Positions 11,689 through 22,540 are shown, counted from the stretch's first letter. The stretch is DNA of 64,000 bases from Gammaproteobacteria bacterium (GCA_022340645.1 JAJDNP010000091.1:1673-65672); one strand, 5' to 3'. Program-made: numbers and translations. Notes: generated from the letters alone by a model not told the origin.

Positions 11689-12726
11689 ATGGCTTTAATT
11701 TCAATGAGACAGTTACTGGACCATGCAGCTGAAAACAGCTACGGCATGCCAGCATTCAATGTAAACAATATGGAGCAGGTGCATGCCATCATGCAGGCTG
11801 CTGACGAAACCAACAGCCCGGTTATTATGCAGGGTTCAGCCGGGGCGCGTTCTTATGCCGGTGAGCCGTTCCTGCGCCACCTGATCTCCGCCGCTGTTGA
11901 AATGTATCCGCATATTCCTGTGGTTATGCACCAGGACCATGGCTCAGAGCCTGGCGTATGTCTGCGCTCTATCCAGTCCGGTTTTAGCTCGGTAATGATG
12001 GATGGTTCGCTGATGCCCGACATGAAAACACCTTCAAGCTACGAGTATAACGTTGAAGTAACCAAAGAAGTTGTGAAAATGGCGCATGCCGGCGGTGTTT
12101 CAGTGGAAGGCGAGCTGGGCTGCCTGGGCTCGCTGGAGACCGGTATGATGGGCGAAGAAGACGGTCATGGCGCTGAAGGCCAGCTCGATATGGATATGCT
12201 GCTGACCGACGTTGAAGAAGCGGCCGATTTCGTCGAGAAAACCGGCGTTGACGCACTGGCGATCGCTATCGGTACTTCTCACGGCGCCTACAAGTTCACC
12301 AAACCGCCGACAGGCGCTGTGCTGCGTATTGACCGCATCCGTGAAATCCATGCGCGTATTCCAAGCACTCACCTGGTGATGCATGGTTCTTCATCGGTAC
12401 CGCAGGACTGGCTGGAAATCATCAACAGCTACGGCGGCGACATGGGGCAGACTTATGGCGTGCCTGTTGAAGAAATCGTTGAAGGTATCAAGAACGGTGT
12501 AGCAAAAGTGAACATCGATACCGACCTGCGTATGGCATCAACCGGGTCTATCCGTAAGCACATGGCCGATAATCCTTCTAACTTTGACCCGCGTAAATTC
12601 CTGAAAGAATCTACCAAGGGCATGAAGGAAATCTGCAAGGCGCGCTATGAATCTTTCGGCTGTGCAGGCAATGCATCAAAGATCAAGCCGGTCTCACTTG
12701 AAAAAATGGTTGGCTTCTACAAGTAA
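11689..12726 (+). CDS. fba: Class II fructose-1,6-bisphosphate aldolase
   Basis: 345-aa ORF with [24 protein letters not shown] and [12 protein letters not shown]. Confidence 0.96.
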   Translation: MALISMRQLLDHAAENSYGMPAFNVNNMEQVHAIMQAADETNSPVIMQGSAGARSYAGEPFLRHLISAAVEMYPHIPVVMHQDHGSEPGVCLRSIQSGFSSVMMDGSLMPDMKTPSSYEYNVEVTKEVVKMAHAGGVSVEGELGCLGSLETGMMGEEDGHGAEGQLDMDMLLTDVEEAADFVEKTGVDALAIAIGTSHGAYKFTKPPTGAVLRIDRIREIHARIPSTHLVMHGSSSVPQDWLEIINSYGGDMGQTYGVPVEEIVEGIKNGVAKVNIDTDLRMASTGSIRKHMADNPSNFDPRKFLKESTKGMKEICKARYESFGCAGNASKIKPVSLEKMVGFYK

Positions 12727-12750
12727 TCGATCATTTTGCAGTGAATATAA

Positions 12751-12775
12751 AGGGGAGCATAGCTCCCCTTTTTTA
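12751..12775 (+). terminator. fba rho-independent terminator
   Basis: AGGGGAGC-ATA-GCTCCCCT is followed by TTTTT. Confidence 0.8.
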
Positions 12776-12837
12776 CGAAGTTTTTCCGGCTTCAATGTGA
12801 TGTACAATGGGCAGAGTTAATTGTTGAAGAGGTAATT

Positions 12838-13164
12838 ATGTCTGGATTAGAAATTGAAGACCAGGTTGTCGGTCATGGCGAAGAAGCGGCTGCCGGCCAT
12901 ACCGTTGAGGTTCATTACACCGGCTGGTTAACCGACGGCACCAGGTTTGATTCGAGTCTTGATCGTAATCAGACCTTCCGTTTTAAGCTGGGTGCCGGCC
13001 AGGTAATTGCAGGCTGGGACCAGGGCGTTGCCGGCATGAAAATCGGCGGTACGCGAAAACTGACTATTCCGCCTGAAATGGGCTATGGGTCGCGCGGTGC
13101 GGGCGGTGTTATTCCGCCGGATGCGACGCTGATCTTTAAAGTGGAATTGATAAGCCTGAGTTAA
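12838..13164 (+). CDS. FKBP-type peptidyl-prolyl cis-trans isomerase
   Basis: 108-aa ORF with [28 protein letters not shown] and [13 protein letters not shown]. Confidence 0.93.
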   Translation: MSGLEIEDQVVGHGEEAAAGHTVEVHYTGWLTDGTRFDSSLDRNQTFRFKLGAGQVIAGWDQGVAGMKIGGTRKLTIPPEMGYGSRGAGGVIPPDATLIFKVELISLS

Positions 13165-13172
13165 AAGCTGTT

Positions 13173-13369
13173 TGTCCACAGATGAACGCAGATAATCACA
13201 GATAAAAACCTGGCTTTTTTTCGTCATACTGAGCGAAGCGAAGGATCTTGTCCGACCGCGGGTCGCCTCATAGGCATAAGAGCCTTCACTCTAATGCGTT
13301 GTGTTCAGGATGAGAGAAACTATTGTTTTTATGCTCTTATCTGTGTTTATCTGCGTTCATCTGTGGACA
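13173..13369. repeat. Unit-array hairpin, GTCC class (unit CACAGAT/CGCAGAT) with a 131-nt insert
   Basis: The 33-nt arms are TGTCCACAGATGAACGCAGATAATCACAGATAA (13173-13205) and TTATCTGTGTTTATCTGCGTTCATCTGTGGACA (13337-13369), with one mismatch. The interior carries GTCATACTGAGCGAAGCGAAGGATC and a degenerate inverted partner TTCAGGATGAGA. Confidence 0.9.
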
Positions 13370-13385
13370 GAATTGTTTTTATCTT

Positions 13386-14099
13386 TTAATGCGCCGCGCT
13401 GAAGTGCGATTGATTTGAATTGCCCTGCGTTATCAACAGGTCAATTAAGGTTTTGGGTAATTCAGTGTTTCCGTGTTGCGCGTAGGGCACGGAAAAAATC
13501 GGGTAAGCCAGTCGTTCGCGCAAATCCGCTGAATTATCAATGTGCTCGTTTTGATTATCATCCAGGGCATTTAACACGACTGCGAGTAATGACAGCCTTC
13601 GCAGTTGTATAGCTTCTGCATTTAATAATACCTGGTTAAGTGTGCCGAGTTTGTCATCAGCCACTAATATCACGGGCAGTTGTAAAGCTACTGCGAGGTC
13701 AGCATTGAGGCCGTCATCAGCCAGTGGTGAGTAGAAGCCGCCAGCACCTTCAACCAGGACAAAGCCGTTATCGCTGCCCTGCCTGCAGTCGGCGGCAAGC
13801 TGCTCCGTAGTTATTGCCATGTCAGCCAGGCGTGCTGCGCGTGCGGGTGATATCGGCGGCTCAAACGGGTAGGGGCATACTTCCGATAATGCCCCCTGAT
13901 AATCGGCTGCCTGCATTAATGCAATAGCATCCTGCGGCAGCAGTAGATCTCCCTGCCCTGGGCAGCCGGATTCAACCGGTTTCCTGGGAATGACTTTTAT
14001 ATTTTGCAAGCTGAGCCGCCTGGCGATGTTAACCGCGATACGGGTTTTGCCAACGCCGGTTCCGGTGCCCGTGATAAAAACTCCCTGCATGCTGATCAC
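13386..14099 (-). CDS. bioD: Dethiobiotin synthase
   Basis: 237-aa ORF with the P-loop FITGTGTGVGKT and VEGAGG. It overlaps the purC stop by 4 nt. Confidence 0.88.
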   Translation of the reverse strand: MISMQGVFITGTGTGVGKTRIAVNIARRLSLQNIKVIPRKPVESGCPGQGDLLLPQDAIALMQAADYQGALSEVCPYPFEPPISPARAARLADMAITTEQLAADCRQGSDNGFVLVEGAGGFYSPLADDGLNADLAVALQLPVILVADDKLGTLNQVLLNAEAIQLRRLSLLAVVLNALDDNQNEHIDNSADLRERLAYPIFSVPYAQHGNTELPKTLIDLLITQGNSNQSHFSAAH

Positions 14100-14980
14100 T
14101 CCATCAGCAGTTTTTTAGCGTGTTGATATTTTTCGGCTGTTTTTGCCACAATTGATTCCGGTAGCTCTGGACCAGGTGCTGTCTTGTTCCAGTCCAGTGT
14201 TTCCAGGTAGTCACGAACATACTGCTTATCGAAACTGACCGGACTGCTGCCGGGCTGGTATTCATCCTTTGGCCAGAAGCGTGATGAATCGGGTGTCAGC
14301 ACCTCATCAATCAGCGTCAGCTCGCCATTTTTGTCGAGCCCGAACTCGAACTTGGTATCGGCAATGATAATGCCGTGCTGCAATGCGTAATCTGCGGCCT
14401 CCGTGTAGAGCTGCAGGCTTACGTCACGAACCTGCCTGGCGATATCGGCGCCAAGCAATTCAATGGACTGCTGATAGCTGATATTTTCATCATGTGTGCC
14501 AGCAGCCGCTTTTGTTGACGGGGTATAGATTGCTTCAGGAAGTTTATCCGCCAGGCGCAGGTTGACGGGCAGTTTAATGCCGCAAATGGCGCCTGTTGCC
14601 TGGTAGTCTTTCCAGCCGGAACCAATGATATAACCGCGCACGATGGCTTCAACCGGGAGCGCTTTTAGTTTTTTCACGATCATTGCATGCCCGGCGACTT
14701 CGGCGCGTTCAGAGTCGTCAGGGAGCACATCTTCCAGCTTCAGGTCACATAGCTGGTTAGGGATAATATGTGACAGTTTCTTCATCCAGAACTGGGTGAC
14801 CTGGTTGAGAATGATGCCTTTGCCGGGGACAGGGGTAGGCATGATAACGTCAAATGCCGATATCCTGTCGGTGGTAATAATCAGCAGATGCGAATCATCG
14901 ATATCATAAATATCGCGGACTTTACCACTGTGCAGCAGCGGCAGGCTTTTAATGTGGCTGGTATGTAATGTGGCTGGCAT
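14096..14980 (-). CDS. purC: SAICAR synthetase
   Basis: 294-aa ORF with SGKVRDIY, TDRISAFD and ADTKFEFG. Confidence 0.95.
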   Translation of the reverse strand: MPATLHTSHIKSLPLLHSGKVRDIYDIDDSHLLIITTDRISAFDVIMPTPVPGKGIILNQVTQFWMKKLSHIIPNQLCDLKLEDVLPDDSERAEVAGHAMIVKKLKALPVEAIVRGYIIGSGWKDYQATGAICGIKLPVNLRLADKLPEAIYTPSTKAAAGTHDENISYQQSIELLGADIARQVRDVSLQLYTEAADYALQHGIIIADTKFEFGLDKNGELTLIDEVLTPDSSRFWPKDEYQPGSSPVSFDKQYVRDYLETLDWNKTAPGPELPESIVAKTAEKYQHAKKLLME

Positions 14981-15027
14981 ATTGATACAATCCAGTAATT
15001 AGTTGTAACTATTTAGCGGTTATGGGG

Positions 15028-15131
15028 CTGAGGTATCGTATGCTGATTTTTCAGGGCGCGTGAATACATCCATGTAGCTCTGCTGCAACGTCCTGTTGCA
15101 GAAGCCTGATAAATCAGCATACGATACCTCA
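15028..15131. repeat. 104-nt hairpin in the purC / amidotransferase divergent spacer
   Basis: A perfect 22-bp stem pairs CTGAGGTATCGTATGCTGATTT (15028-15049) with AAATCAGCATACGATACCTCAG (15110-15131). An internal 7-bp stem pairs CTGCAAC with GTTGCAG. Confidence 0.9.
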
Positions 15132-15215
15132 GAATTTAAAGGTTCCGTAGCTATTGAGTTACGTCATTTAAATCCGTGCATTTTACGCCAAAGGCTTAAC
15201 CAATAGGAGAAAAAC

Positions 15216-15947
15216 ATGGCGGGGAAGAATAAAATGGTGAATGTGATCCGCCACCTGGCATTTGAAGACCTGGGCAGTTTTGCCTCGGTGCTGCAGGCGC
15301 ATGATTACCAGGTAAATTATTATGAGGCGGCTGATTTTTCTTTAAGGCCGGGCGAGATGTCACAGATTGATGCTCTGTCTGAAGGGCTGCTGGTTATTCT
15401 TGGCGGGCCGATCAGTGTCAATGATGGCGTTCTGTTTCCATTTATTGATGCGGAAATCAGTCTGCTCAAGCTGCGTATCGCCGCCGACAGGCCAACACTG
15501 GGGATATGCCTTGGGGCGCAGTTAATTGCCAGTGCACTGGGAGCTAACGTTTACCCCGGTAAGGAAAAAGAAATCGGCTGGTACGATCTGAGTCTGACAG
15601 CTGCCGGTGAGCGGTCAGCGCTGCGTTACCTGGATGCTAAACACTGTTCCATGCTGCACTGGCATGGCGAGACGTTTGAGCTGCCCGCTGCTGCAGTACT
15701 GCTTGCCAGCAGTGAAAAATATCCACACCAGGCTTTCAGCTATGGAAATAACACGCTTGCTTTACAGTTTCACCCGGAAATAACTCAGCACGGCATGGAG
15801 AAATGGTTTATTGGCCATATCGGTGAGATTCAGCAAACCGAAGGGGTCAGTGTTGAGAAGTTGAGAGAGGATACCCGCCGAAATGCAAACCAGCTTGAAA
15901 TGCAGGGCGAACTGTTTTTTAACAGCTGGCTAAACGAAGTAATATAG
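15216..15947 (+). CDS. Class I glutamine amidotransferase-like protein
   Basis: 243-aa ORF with LGICLGAQL (nucleophile-elbow Cys) and LQFHPE. A second in-frame ATG lies 6 codons in. Confidence 0.8.
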   Translation: MAGKNKMVNVIRHLAFEDLGSFASVLQAHDYQVNYYEAADFSLRPGEMSQIDALSEGLLVILGGPISVNDGVLFPFIDAEISLLKLRIAADRPTLGICLGAQLIASALGANVYPGKEKEIGWYDLSLTAAGERSALRYLDAKHCSMLHWHGETFELPAAAVLLASSEKYPHQAFSYGNNTLALQFHPEITQHGMEKWFIGHIGEIQQTEGVSVEKLREDTRRNANQLEMQGELFFNSWLNEVI

Positions 15948-15952
15948 TTTTA

Positions 15953-16069
15953 GTCCACAGATGAACGCAGATACACACAGATAAAGCCCTGTTTTTCCAG
16001 TCATACTGAGCAAAGCATACTGAGTTATCCATTATTTTTATCTGTATGTATCTGCGTTCATCTGTGGAC
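15953..16069. repeat. Unit-array hairpin, GTCC class, short-insert copy of the 13.2-kb element
   Basis: The 33-nt arms are GTCCACAGATGAACGCAGATACACACAGATAAA (15953-15985) and its complement (16037-16069), with one mismatch. The 51-nt interior keeps TCATACTGAGCAAAGC. Confidence 0.9.
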
Positions 16070-16420
16070 AAAATAGTTTTTCTTTTAGTATGAGTTTCTT
16101 TGTTTCGGCTCTCCTGTCTGCTGGTTTTAACTGAGCAGTTGAGTATCAGCTGGATATACAGCCTGCCGATGTACGGCAGAAATCACACTCTTTCAATGAA
16201 TGCAGATTTTCGCTAGAATGAACAGCCTTGCCTGCGATTTTTGCTTGCCCCCGACTGGTGCTTTCATATACAAATCGAGGCTAGTTGGTAAAAAGTGGCG
16301 TTTCAACACTCTCAGGCAGATTATCTGGACGCCGAATACCTGAATTAATTGGAAATGTATAACGGCGAATGGGGCGGCTGTAATGCGACACTCGCTGTAT
16401 AAGATGGTTACGGTTTAAAT

Positions 16421-19400
16421 ATGAGCTCAATAACACAAGAACAGACAAGATTCGGATTTCCTGGCGCTTTACCAGAAAAGCAGGGTTTATATGACCCGGC
16501 TTTTGAAAAAGACAGCTGTGGTGTGGGTTTTGTTGCACATATTAAGGGCAAGCCAAGTCATCAGATCGTATTAGATGCCGAAATTATGCTGCAGCGCATG
16601 GAGCATCGCGGCGGCTGCGGTTGTGAAGCCAACACCGGTGATGGCGCCGGTATCCTGACCGGTATGCCGCATGACTTCTGCGTAAAAGTGGCAAAACAGG
16701 ATCTGGGTGTGGATTTGCCGGCTGCCGGCCTGTATGCGGCAGGCAACGTTTTTCTGCCAACGGATGAAGAACAGAGAATGTACTGTATCACGGAAGTAGA
16801 GAAAATTATCAAGGCGCAGGGCCAGAAATGCCTGGGCTGGCGCGAGGTGCCGATCGATACCGAAGGTGCGGATATTGGGCCGACCGCGCGTTTGTCACAG
16901 CCGGTGATTCTACAGTTATACATCGAAGCGGTTGGTGTGGAAGACAGGGATTTTGACCGCCAGCTGTATATAATTCGCAAACGCTGTACACACTTACTGC
17001 GTTTTGACAAATCCTTATCACAAAGAAAAGTCTTTTACATCTGCTCGCTGTCACCACGGATTATCATTTACAAGGGTATGCTGAATGCACTGCAGGTAAA
17101 GACATTTTATCTGGATCTGCAGGATACTGATTTTGCATCACACATCGCGATGGTGCATTCACGGTTCAGCACCAACACCTTCCCGTCATGGGACAGGGCG
17201 CAACCAAATCGTTATATGAGCCATAACGGTGAAATTAATACGCTGCTGGGTAACAAAAACTGGATGACAGCGCGCCAGGGTGTGGCGAAGTCTGATGCTT
17301 TCGGCGACGATATTACCCAGCTGTTTCCGATAGCTGAAAACGACTGTTCCGATTCAGGCAATTTTGACAACGTTTTAGAGTTTTTATTAATGTCAGGCCG
17401 CAGCCTGCAGCACGCCGTGATGATGATGGTGCCGGAAGCATGGCAGTCCGATGAAAATATGGACCAGGCGAAAAAAGATTTTTACCGCTTTAACTCCGCA
17501 TTGATGGAGCCGTGGGACGGGCCGGCATCCATTGCCTTTACCGACGGCAAATACATAGGTGCGGTACTTGACCGCAATGGCCTGCGTCCCAGCCGTTATT
17601 ATGTGACCAAAGACGACCGTGTCATCATGGCGTCAGAAGTTGGCGTGGTTGATGTCGATCCTGCTGAAGTGAAGTTCAAGGGACGTCTGCAGCCGGGAAA
17701 GATGTTCCTGATTGACTTCGATAAAGGTGAGCTGGTCTCGGATGAAATCCTGAAAAAACAATTTTCTACGCAGCGCCCCTATGGCCAGTGGCTGCAAAAT
17801 CAGGAAATAAAACTATCTGAACTGGGCTGTGAACAGGAGCCGCATGGCTTTAACCCGGAAACGATTATCCCGCGCATGCAGGCGTTTGGTTATACCGTCG
17901 AGACCATGCAGTTCATGCTGTTGCCGCTGGTCCGCGAATTGCGTGACCCGGTCGGTTCCATGGGAAATGATTCGGCGCTGGCCTGTCTGTCTGACAAGCC
18001 GCGCATGATCTATGACTATTTCAAACAGCTGTTTGCCCAGGTGACAAACCCGGCGATCGATTCCATTCGGGAAGAAGTCGTGATGTCACTGGAATGCTAC
18101 ATTGGTCCGGAAGGCAACCTGCTGGATATTACCGAGCGGCACGCACATCGTTTACGTGTACCGCATCCGATCCTGACCAATGAAGAGCTCGCCTGTCTGA
18201 AACATATCAACCATCGCGGCTGGAAATCGAAGACCATCGATATTACCTACGATAAAGCCGAAGGCGTCAGCGGCCTGGGTAAACGTCTTGATGAAATCTG
18301 CGCTGAAGCCAGCGACGCAATTAAAGACGGTTACAGCCTGGTTGTGCTGTCAGACAGAAACATCTCTGCTTCGCGTATACCTGTAAGCGCATTATTAGCT
18401 ACCGGTGCGGTACATCACCACCTGGTAGATCATCAGCAGCGTACCCGTATTGGCATCGTACTGGAAACCGGCGAAGCCCGTGAAGTGCACCATCACTGCC
18501 TGCTGATAGGTTATGGCGCGGATGCGATTAATCCATACGTCGCATTTGAAGCCATGTTCCAGTCTCAGCGTGAAGGCCTGCTGGATGGAGGTAAATATAC
18601 CGACGATAAAATAGTTGCTGCCTACCGCAAAGGCGTTGCCAAGGGCATGCTGAAAGTGATGGCGAAAATCGGTATTTCGACATTGCAGTCTTATAAAGGT
18701 GCGCAGATTTTCGAAGCCGTCGGTCTCGGTGAAGAGGTTGTCAACCGCTGCTTTAAAGGCACTGCAAGCCGTATCAAGGGTGTCAGTCTTGAAGTGCTCG
18801 CCGAAGAGGCATGGCGCCGCCATGAAATCGCTTACCCGAGCCGTAACCTGGTGCGCCTGCCTATGCTGGACAATCCCGGTGATTTCCACTGGCGCAGCGG
18901 CGGCGAAGTGCATATGTGGAACCCGCAGGCGATCGCCAACCTGCAGCATGCTGCAAGCAGCAACAGCCGCGAAGCATACAAGCAGTTTGCCAAGGTATCG
19001 GATGATGATTCCACGCGCCGTGCAACGCTGCGCGGCCTGCTGAAATTCAAGGCAGGCGCCAATGGCGGCCCGATTCCGTTAAACGAAGTTGAGCCGGCAA
19101 AAGAAATAGTTAAACGGTTTGTCACCGGCGCCATGAGCTTTGGTTCCATCTCGGCAGAGAGCCACGAATCGCTGGCGATAGCGATGAATCGCATCGGCGG
19201 CAAATCCAATACCGGTGAGGGTGGTGAGGACCCGGCGCGTTTTACACCGATGGAGAATGGTGACTCCAGGCGCTCGGCGATTAAACAGGTCGCTTCAGGC
19301 CGCTTTGGTGTGACCAACTGGTATCTGACCAATGCTGATGAGATTCAGATCAAGGTAGCACAGGGCGCAAAACCGGGTGAAGGCGGCGAGCTGCCGGGCG

Positions 19401-21007
19401 GAAAAGTTGATGTGACGATTGCGCGCATCCGCCATTCGACCCCTGGTGTGGGGCTCATCAGTCCGCCGCCGCATCATGATATTTATTCGATTGAAGACCT
19501 GGCGCAACTGATCCACGACCTCAAAAACTCGAACCCGTCCGCGCGCATCAGCGTAAAACTGGTTGCCGAGATCGGCGTCGGTACCATTGCTTCAGGTGTG
19601 ACCAAGGCATTCTCTGATCACATCGTTATTGCCGGCCACGATGGCGGTACCGGTGCGTCGCCGCTGACCTCGGTGAAACACGCTGGCCTGCCATGGGAAC
19701 TCGGTGTTGCCGAAACACACCAGACCCTGGTGATGAATGACCTGCGTTCGCGTGTGGTGATACAGACCGACGGCCAGTTAAAAACCGGGCGCGATATCAC
19801 TATTGCGGCGCTACTCGGTGCAGAAGAATTCGGTTTCTCTACTGCGCCGCTGATTACGCTGGGCTGCATCATGATGCGCAAATGTCATTTAAATACCTGT
19901 CCGGTTGGTATTGCCACCCAGGATAAGGAACTGCGCAAGAAGTTCAAGGGTAAACCGGAACACGTGGTGAATTACATGTTCATGGTTGCCGAAGATATGC
20001 GTGAGCATATGGCAGAACTCGGTTTCCGCACGGTCAATGAAATGATTGGACGTGTCGACGTACTGGAACCCAATATCGCCATCGACCACTGGAAAGAGAA
20101 AGGCATCGACCTCACCGCATTGTTAACACCGGCGGTTAAGCCGCATGATGGTGTCGGCGTGTATTGCAGCCAGGCACAGAATCATGGGCTGGAAAAAGCG
20201 CTGGATAATGAAATCATCAGGCGCGCCAAAGCAACCATTGAAAACGGCGAAAAAGTTTCCATGGAGTTGCCGGTAGTCAACACCAACCGTGTTGTTGGCA
20301 CCATGCTGTCGCATGAGCTGGCGAAAGCGCATCGCGGTAAACCGCTGCCCGATGATACCCTGCATATCAAGCTGAATGGTTCAGCCGGCCAGAGTCTGGG
20401 TGCCTGGCTATATGAAGGTGTGACTATTGAGCTCGAAGGCGATGCCAACGATTATGTCGGCAAAGGTCTCTCTGGCGGACGACTGGTTGTTTATCCGGAC
20501 AGGAGAAGCACTATCATTGCGGAAGAAAATATTATTGTCGGCAATGTTGTGCTGTACGGTGCTACTTCCGGTGAAGCCTATTTTAGAGGTGTTGCCGCCG
20601 AGCGCTTCTGCGTTCGTAACAGCGGCGCCAGTGCTGTCGTTGAAGGTGTCGGCGACCACGGTTGCGAATACATGACCGGTGGCCGTGTTGTTGTCCTTGG
20701 TGAAACCGGACGTAACTTTGCAGCTGGCATGAGCGGCGGCATAGCTTATATCTGGGACAAAAATAATACTTTCCCCGCGCTATGCAATATGGGTATGGTT
20801 GGGCTGGAAGCACTGGAAATCGACGCAGACATTAATGAAGTTAAGACCCTGATTGAAAACCATCTTAAGTACACCGGCTCAGATGTTGCTAAAGCAGCAC
20901 TGGATAACTGGCCTGAGACTATAAAACACTTTGTTAAAGTCATGCCGACTGATTACAAGCGTGTGTTACAGGAGATGAAAAAACAGGAAGAAATGGCGGT
21001 CGCTTAA
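16421..21007 (+). CDS. gltB: Glutamate synthase large subunit
   Basis: 1528-aa ORF. Cys follows the amidotransferase N-terminus (KDSCGVGFV), and FMN and GXGXG domain motifs are present. Confidence 0.97.
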   Translation: MSSITQEQTRFGFPGALPEKQGLYDPAFEKDSCGVGFVAHIKGKPSHQIVLDAEIMLQRMEHRGGCGCEANTGDGAGILTGMPHDFCVKVAKQDLGVDLPAAGLYAAGNVFLPTDEEQRMYCITEVEKIIKAQGQKCLGWREVPIDTEGADIGPTARLSQPVILQLYIEAVGVEDRDFDRQLYIIRKRCTHLLRFDKSLSQRKVFYICSLSPRIIIYKGMLNALQVKTFYLDLQDTDFASHIAMVHSRFSTNTFPSWDRAQPNRYMSHNGEINTLLGNKNWMTARQGVAKSDAFGDDITQLFPIAENDCSDSGNFDNVLEFLLMSGRSLQHAVMMMVPEAWQSDENMDQAKKDFYRFNSALMEPWDGPASIAFTDGKYIGAVLDRNGLRPSRYYVTKDDRVIMASEVGVVDVDPAEVKFKGRLQPGKMFLIDFDKGELVSDEILKKQFSTQRPYGQWLQNQEIKLSELGCEQEPHGFNPETIIPRMQAFGYTVETMQFMLLPLVRELRDPVGSMGNDSALACLSDKPRMIYDYFKQLFAQVTNPAIDSIREEVVMSLECYIGPEGNLLDITERHAHRLRVPHPILTNEELACLKHINHRGWKSKTIDITYDKAEGVSGLGKRLDEICAEASDAIKDGYSLVVLSDRNISASRIPVSALLATGAVHHHLVDHQQRTRIGIVLETGEAREVHHHCLLIGYGADAINPYVAFEAMFQSQREGLLDGGKYTDDKIVAAYRKGVAKGMLKVMAKIGISTLQSYKGAQIFEAVGLGEEVVNRCFKGTASRIKGVSLEVLAEEAWRRHEIAYPSRNLVRLPMLDNPGDFHWRSGGEVHMWNPQAIANLQHAASSNSREAYKQFAKVSDDDSTRRATLRGLLKFKAGANGGPIPLNEVEPAKEIVKRFVTGAMSFGSISAESHESLAIAMNRIGGKSNTGEGGEDPARFTPMENGDSRRSAIKQVASGRFGVTNWYLTNADEIQIKVAQGAKPGEGGELPGGKVDVTIARIRHSTPGVGLISPPPHHDIYSIEDLAQLIHDLKNSNPSARISVKLVAEIGVGTIASGVTKAFSDHIVIAGHDGGTGASPLTSVKHAGLPWELGVAETHQTLVMNDLRSRVVIQTDGQLKTGRDITIAALLGAEEFGFSTAPLITLGCIMMRKCHLNTCPVGIATQDKELRKKFKGKPEHVVNYMFMVAEDMREHMAELGFRTVNEMIGRVDVLEPNIAIDHWKEKGIDLTALLTPAVKPHDGVGVYCSQAQNHGLEKALDNEIIRRAKATIENGEKVSMELPVVNTNRVVGTMLSHELAKAHRGKPLPDDTLHIKLNGSAGQSLGAWLYEGVTIELEGDANDYVGKGLSGGRLVVYPDRRSTIIAEENIIVGNVVLYGATSGEAYFRGVAAERFCVRNSGASAVVEGVGDHGCEYMTGGRVVVLGETGRNFAAGMSGGIAYIWDKNNTFPALCNMGMVGLEALEIDADINEVKTLIENHLKYTGSDVAKAALDNWPETIKHFVKVMPTDYKRVLQEMKKQEEMAVA

Positions 21008-21012
21008 AGGCA

Positions 21013-21040
21013 GTGAACAGCTAATAGTTAATAGTTAGAG
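21013..21040. repeat. Solo heptamer-array arm in the 42-nt gltB-gltD spacer
   Basis: CAGTGAACAGCTAATAGTTAATAGTTAG resembles the left arm of the 42.7-kb hairpin (CAGTTAATAACTAATAGTGAATAGCGAATAG). No complementary arm is present. Confidence 0.55.
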
Positions 21041-21049
21041 AAGAAATAA

Positions 21050-22540
21050 ATGGGAAAACCAACCGGTTTTAAAGAATTTGAACGCGAGACAGAAAAGTAT
21101 CGTGACGTCGGTGCGCGGGTAAAAGATTACGGCGAAATTTATACCGGCAAGCACGATACCGAGCACCTTAAAATCCAGGGCGCACGCTGCATGGATTGCG
21201 GTGTGCCTTTTTGCCAGTCCGAAAACGGCTGCCCGGTAAATAACCTGATCCCCGAATGGAACCACCTGGTTTATACCAGTCAATGGCAGCCTGCGTTAAA
21301 TCGTCTGCATAAAACCAACAATTTTCCCGAGTTCACCGGACGCGTCTGCCCGGCGCCCTGTGAAGGCGCCTGCGTGCTGGGTATTACCAGCCCGGCGGTG
21401 ACCATTAAAAATATTGAAAATGCAATTATCGATAAAGGCTTCGAGGAAGGCTGGGTCAGCGCAAAGCCGCCGCAGGAGCGCACAGGAAAAAATGTTGCCG
21501 TTATTGGTTCAGGTCCGGCAGGGCTGGCGGCGGCTGCGCAGTTAAACAAGGTCGGGCACAATGTTACGGTATACGAACGCGCTGACCGAATCGGCGGTTT
21601 GCTCATGTACGGTATCCCTAATATGAAACTGGGCAAGGATGTCGTGCAGCGCCGTGTAGATCTGCTGAAAGAAGAAGGCGTCAACTTTGTGGTTAATGCC
21701 GATGTCGGCGGTAGCGGTGAAAATGCCGTAGATGTCAGTATCCTGCGTAAAGACAACGACGCTCTGTTGTTTGCTACCGGTGCAACCAGTGCGCGTGACC
21801 TTGATATTCCAGGGCGCAACCTCAAAGGCGTGCACCTGGCGATGGAATTTTTGACAGCCAGCACAAAGAGTCTCCTCGATTCAGGCGGGGTTGAGCCTGA
21901 TCTGAATGACAGTATGGTTATTTCTGCGAAAGACAGGAATGTCGTGGTTATCGGCGGCGGCGATACCGGTACCGATTGCATCGCTACATCGTTACGTCAC
22001 GGCTGCAAGTCGATGGTCAATTTTGAGTTATTGCCGCAAGCACCGCACGAGCGTGCCGAAGATAACCCATGGCCCTTATGGCCGCGTATTTATCGTGTTG
22101 ATTATGGCCACGAAGAAAGCAGCAAACGTTTCGGCAGGGACCCACGGGAATATAATATTCTTACCAAGGAGTTTATTGACGACGGTAATGGCAATGTCGC
22201 CGGTGTAAAAATGGTGGAAGTCAGCTGGAGTAATGTCGACGACAGGTGGCAGATGGAAGAAGTGGAAGGCACCGAAAAAGTCTGGCCGGCAGAACTTGTG
22301 CTGCTTTCCATGGGCTTTTTAGGTCCCGAGCATTATGCCAGTGATGCGTTGAGTATCGAGTATGATAACCGTTCCAATTACCAGGCCAGGCACGGCAAGT
22401 ATAAAACGAATATTGATGGTGTGTTTGCTGCTGGCGACTGCCGTCGCGGTCAGTCATTAGTGGTATGGGGAATTCATGAAGGCCGCGAAGCCGCGCGCGA
22501 AATTGACCGTTACCTTATGGGTAATACGTTATTGCCTTAA
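21050..22540 (+). CDS. gltD: Glutamate synthase small subunit
   Basis: 496-aa ORF with Fe-S cysteines ([18 protein letters not shown]) and the dinucleotide fold [14 protein letters not shown]. Confidence 0.96.
   Translation: MGKPTGFKEFERETEKYRDVGARVKDYGEIYTGKHDTEHLKIQGARCMDCGVPFCQSENGCPVNNLIPEWNHLVYTSQWQPALNRLHKTNNFPEFTGRVCPAPCEGACVLGITSPAVTIKNIENAIIDKGFEEGWVSAKPPQERTGKNVAVIGSGPAGLAAAAQLNKVGHNVTVYERADRIGGLLMYGIPNMKLGKDVVQRRVDLLKEEGVNFVVNADVGGSGENAVDVSILRKDNDALLFATGATSARDLDIPGRNLKGVHLAMEFLTASTKSLLDSGGVEPDLNDSMVISAKDRNVVVIGGGDTGTDCIATSLRHGCKSMVNFELLPQAPHERAEDNPWPLWPRIYRVDYGHEESSKRFGRDPREYNILTKEFIDDGNGNVAGVKMVEVSWSNVDDRWQMEEVEGTEKVWPAELVLLSMGFLGPEHYASDALSIEYDNRSNYQARHGKYKTNIDGVFAAGDCRRGQSLVVWGIHEGREAAREIDRYLMGNTLLP

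Noticed and set aside
16281-16538. 85-aa minus-strand ORF overlapping the gltB start
   Set aside because: It overlaps the well-supported gltB N-terminus and has no supporting signal.
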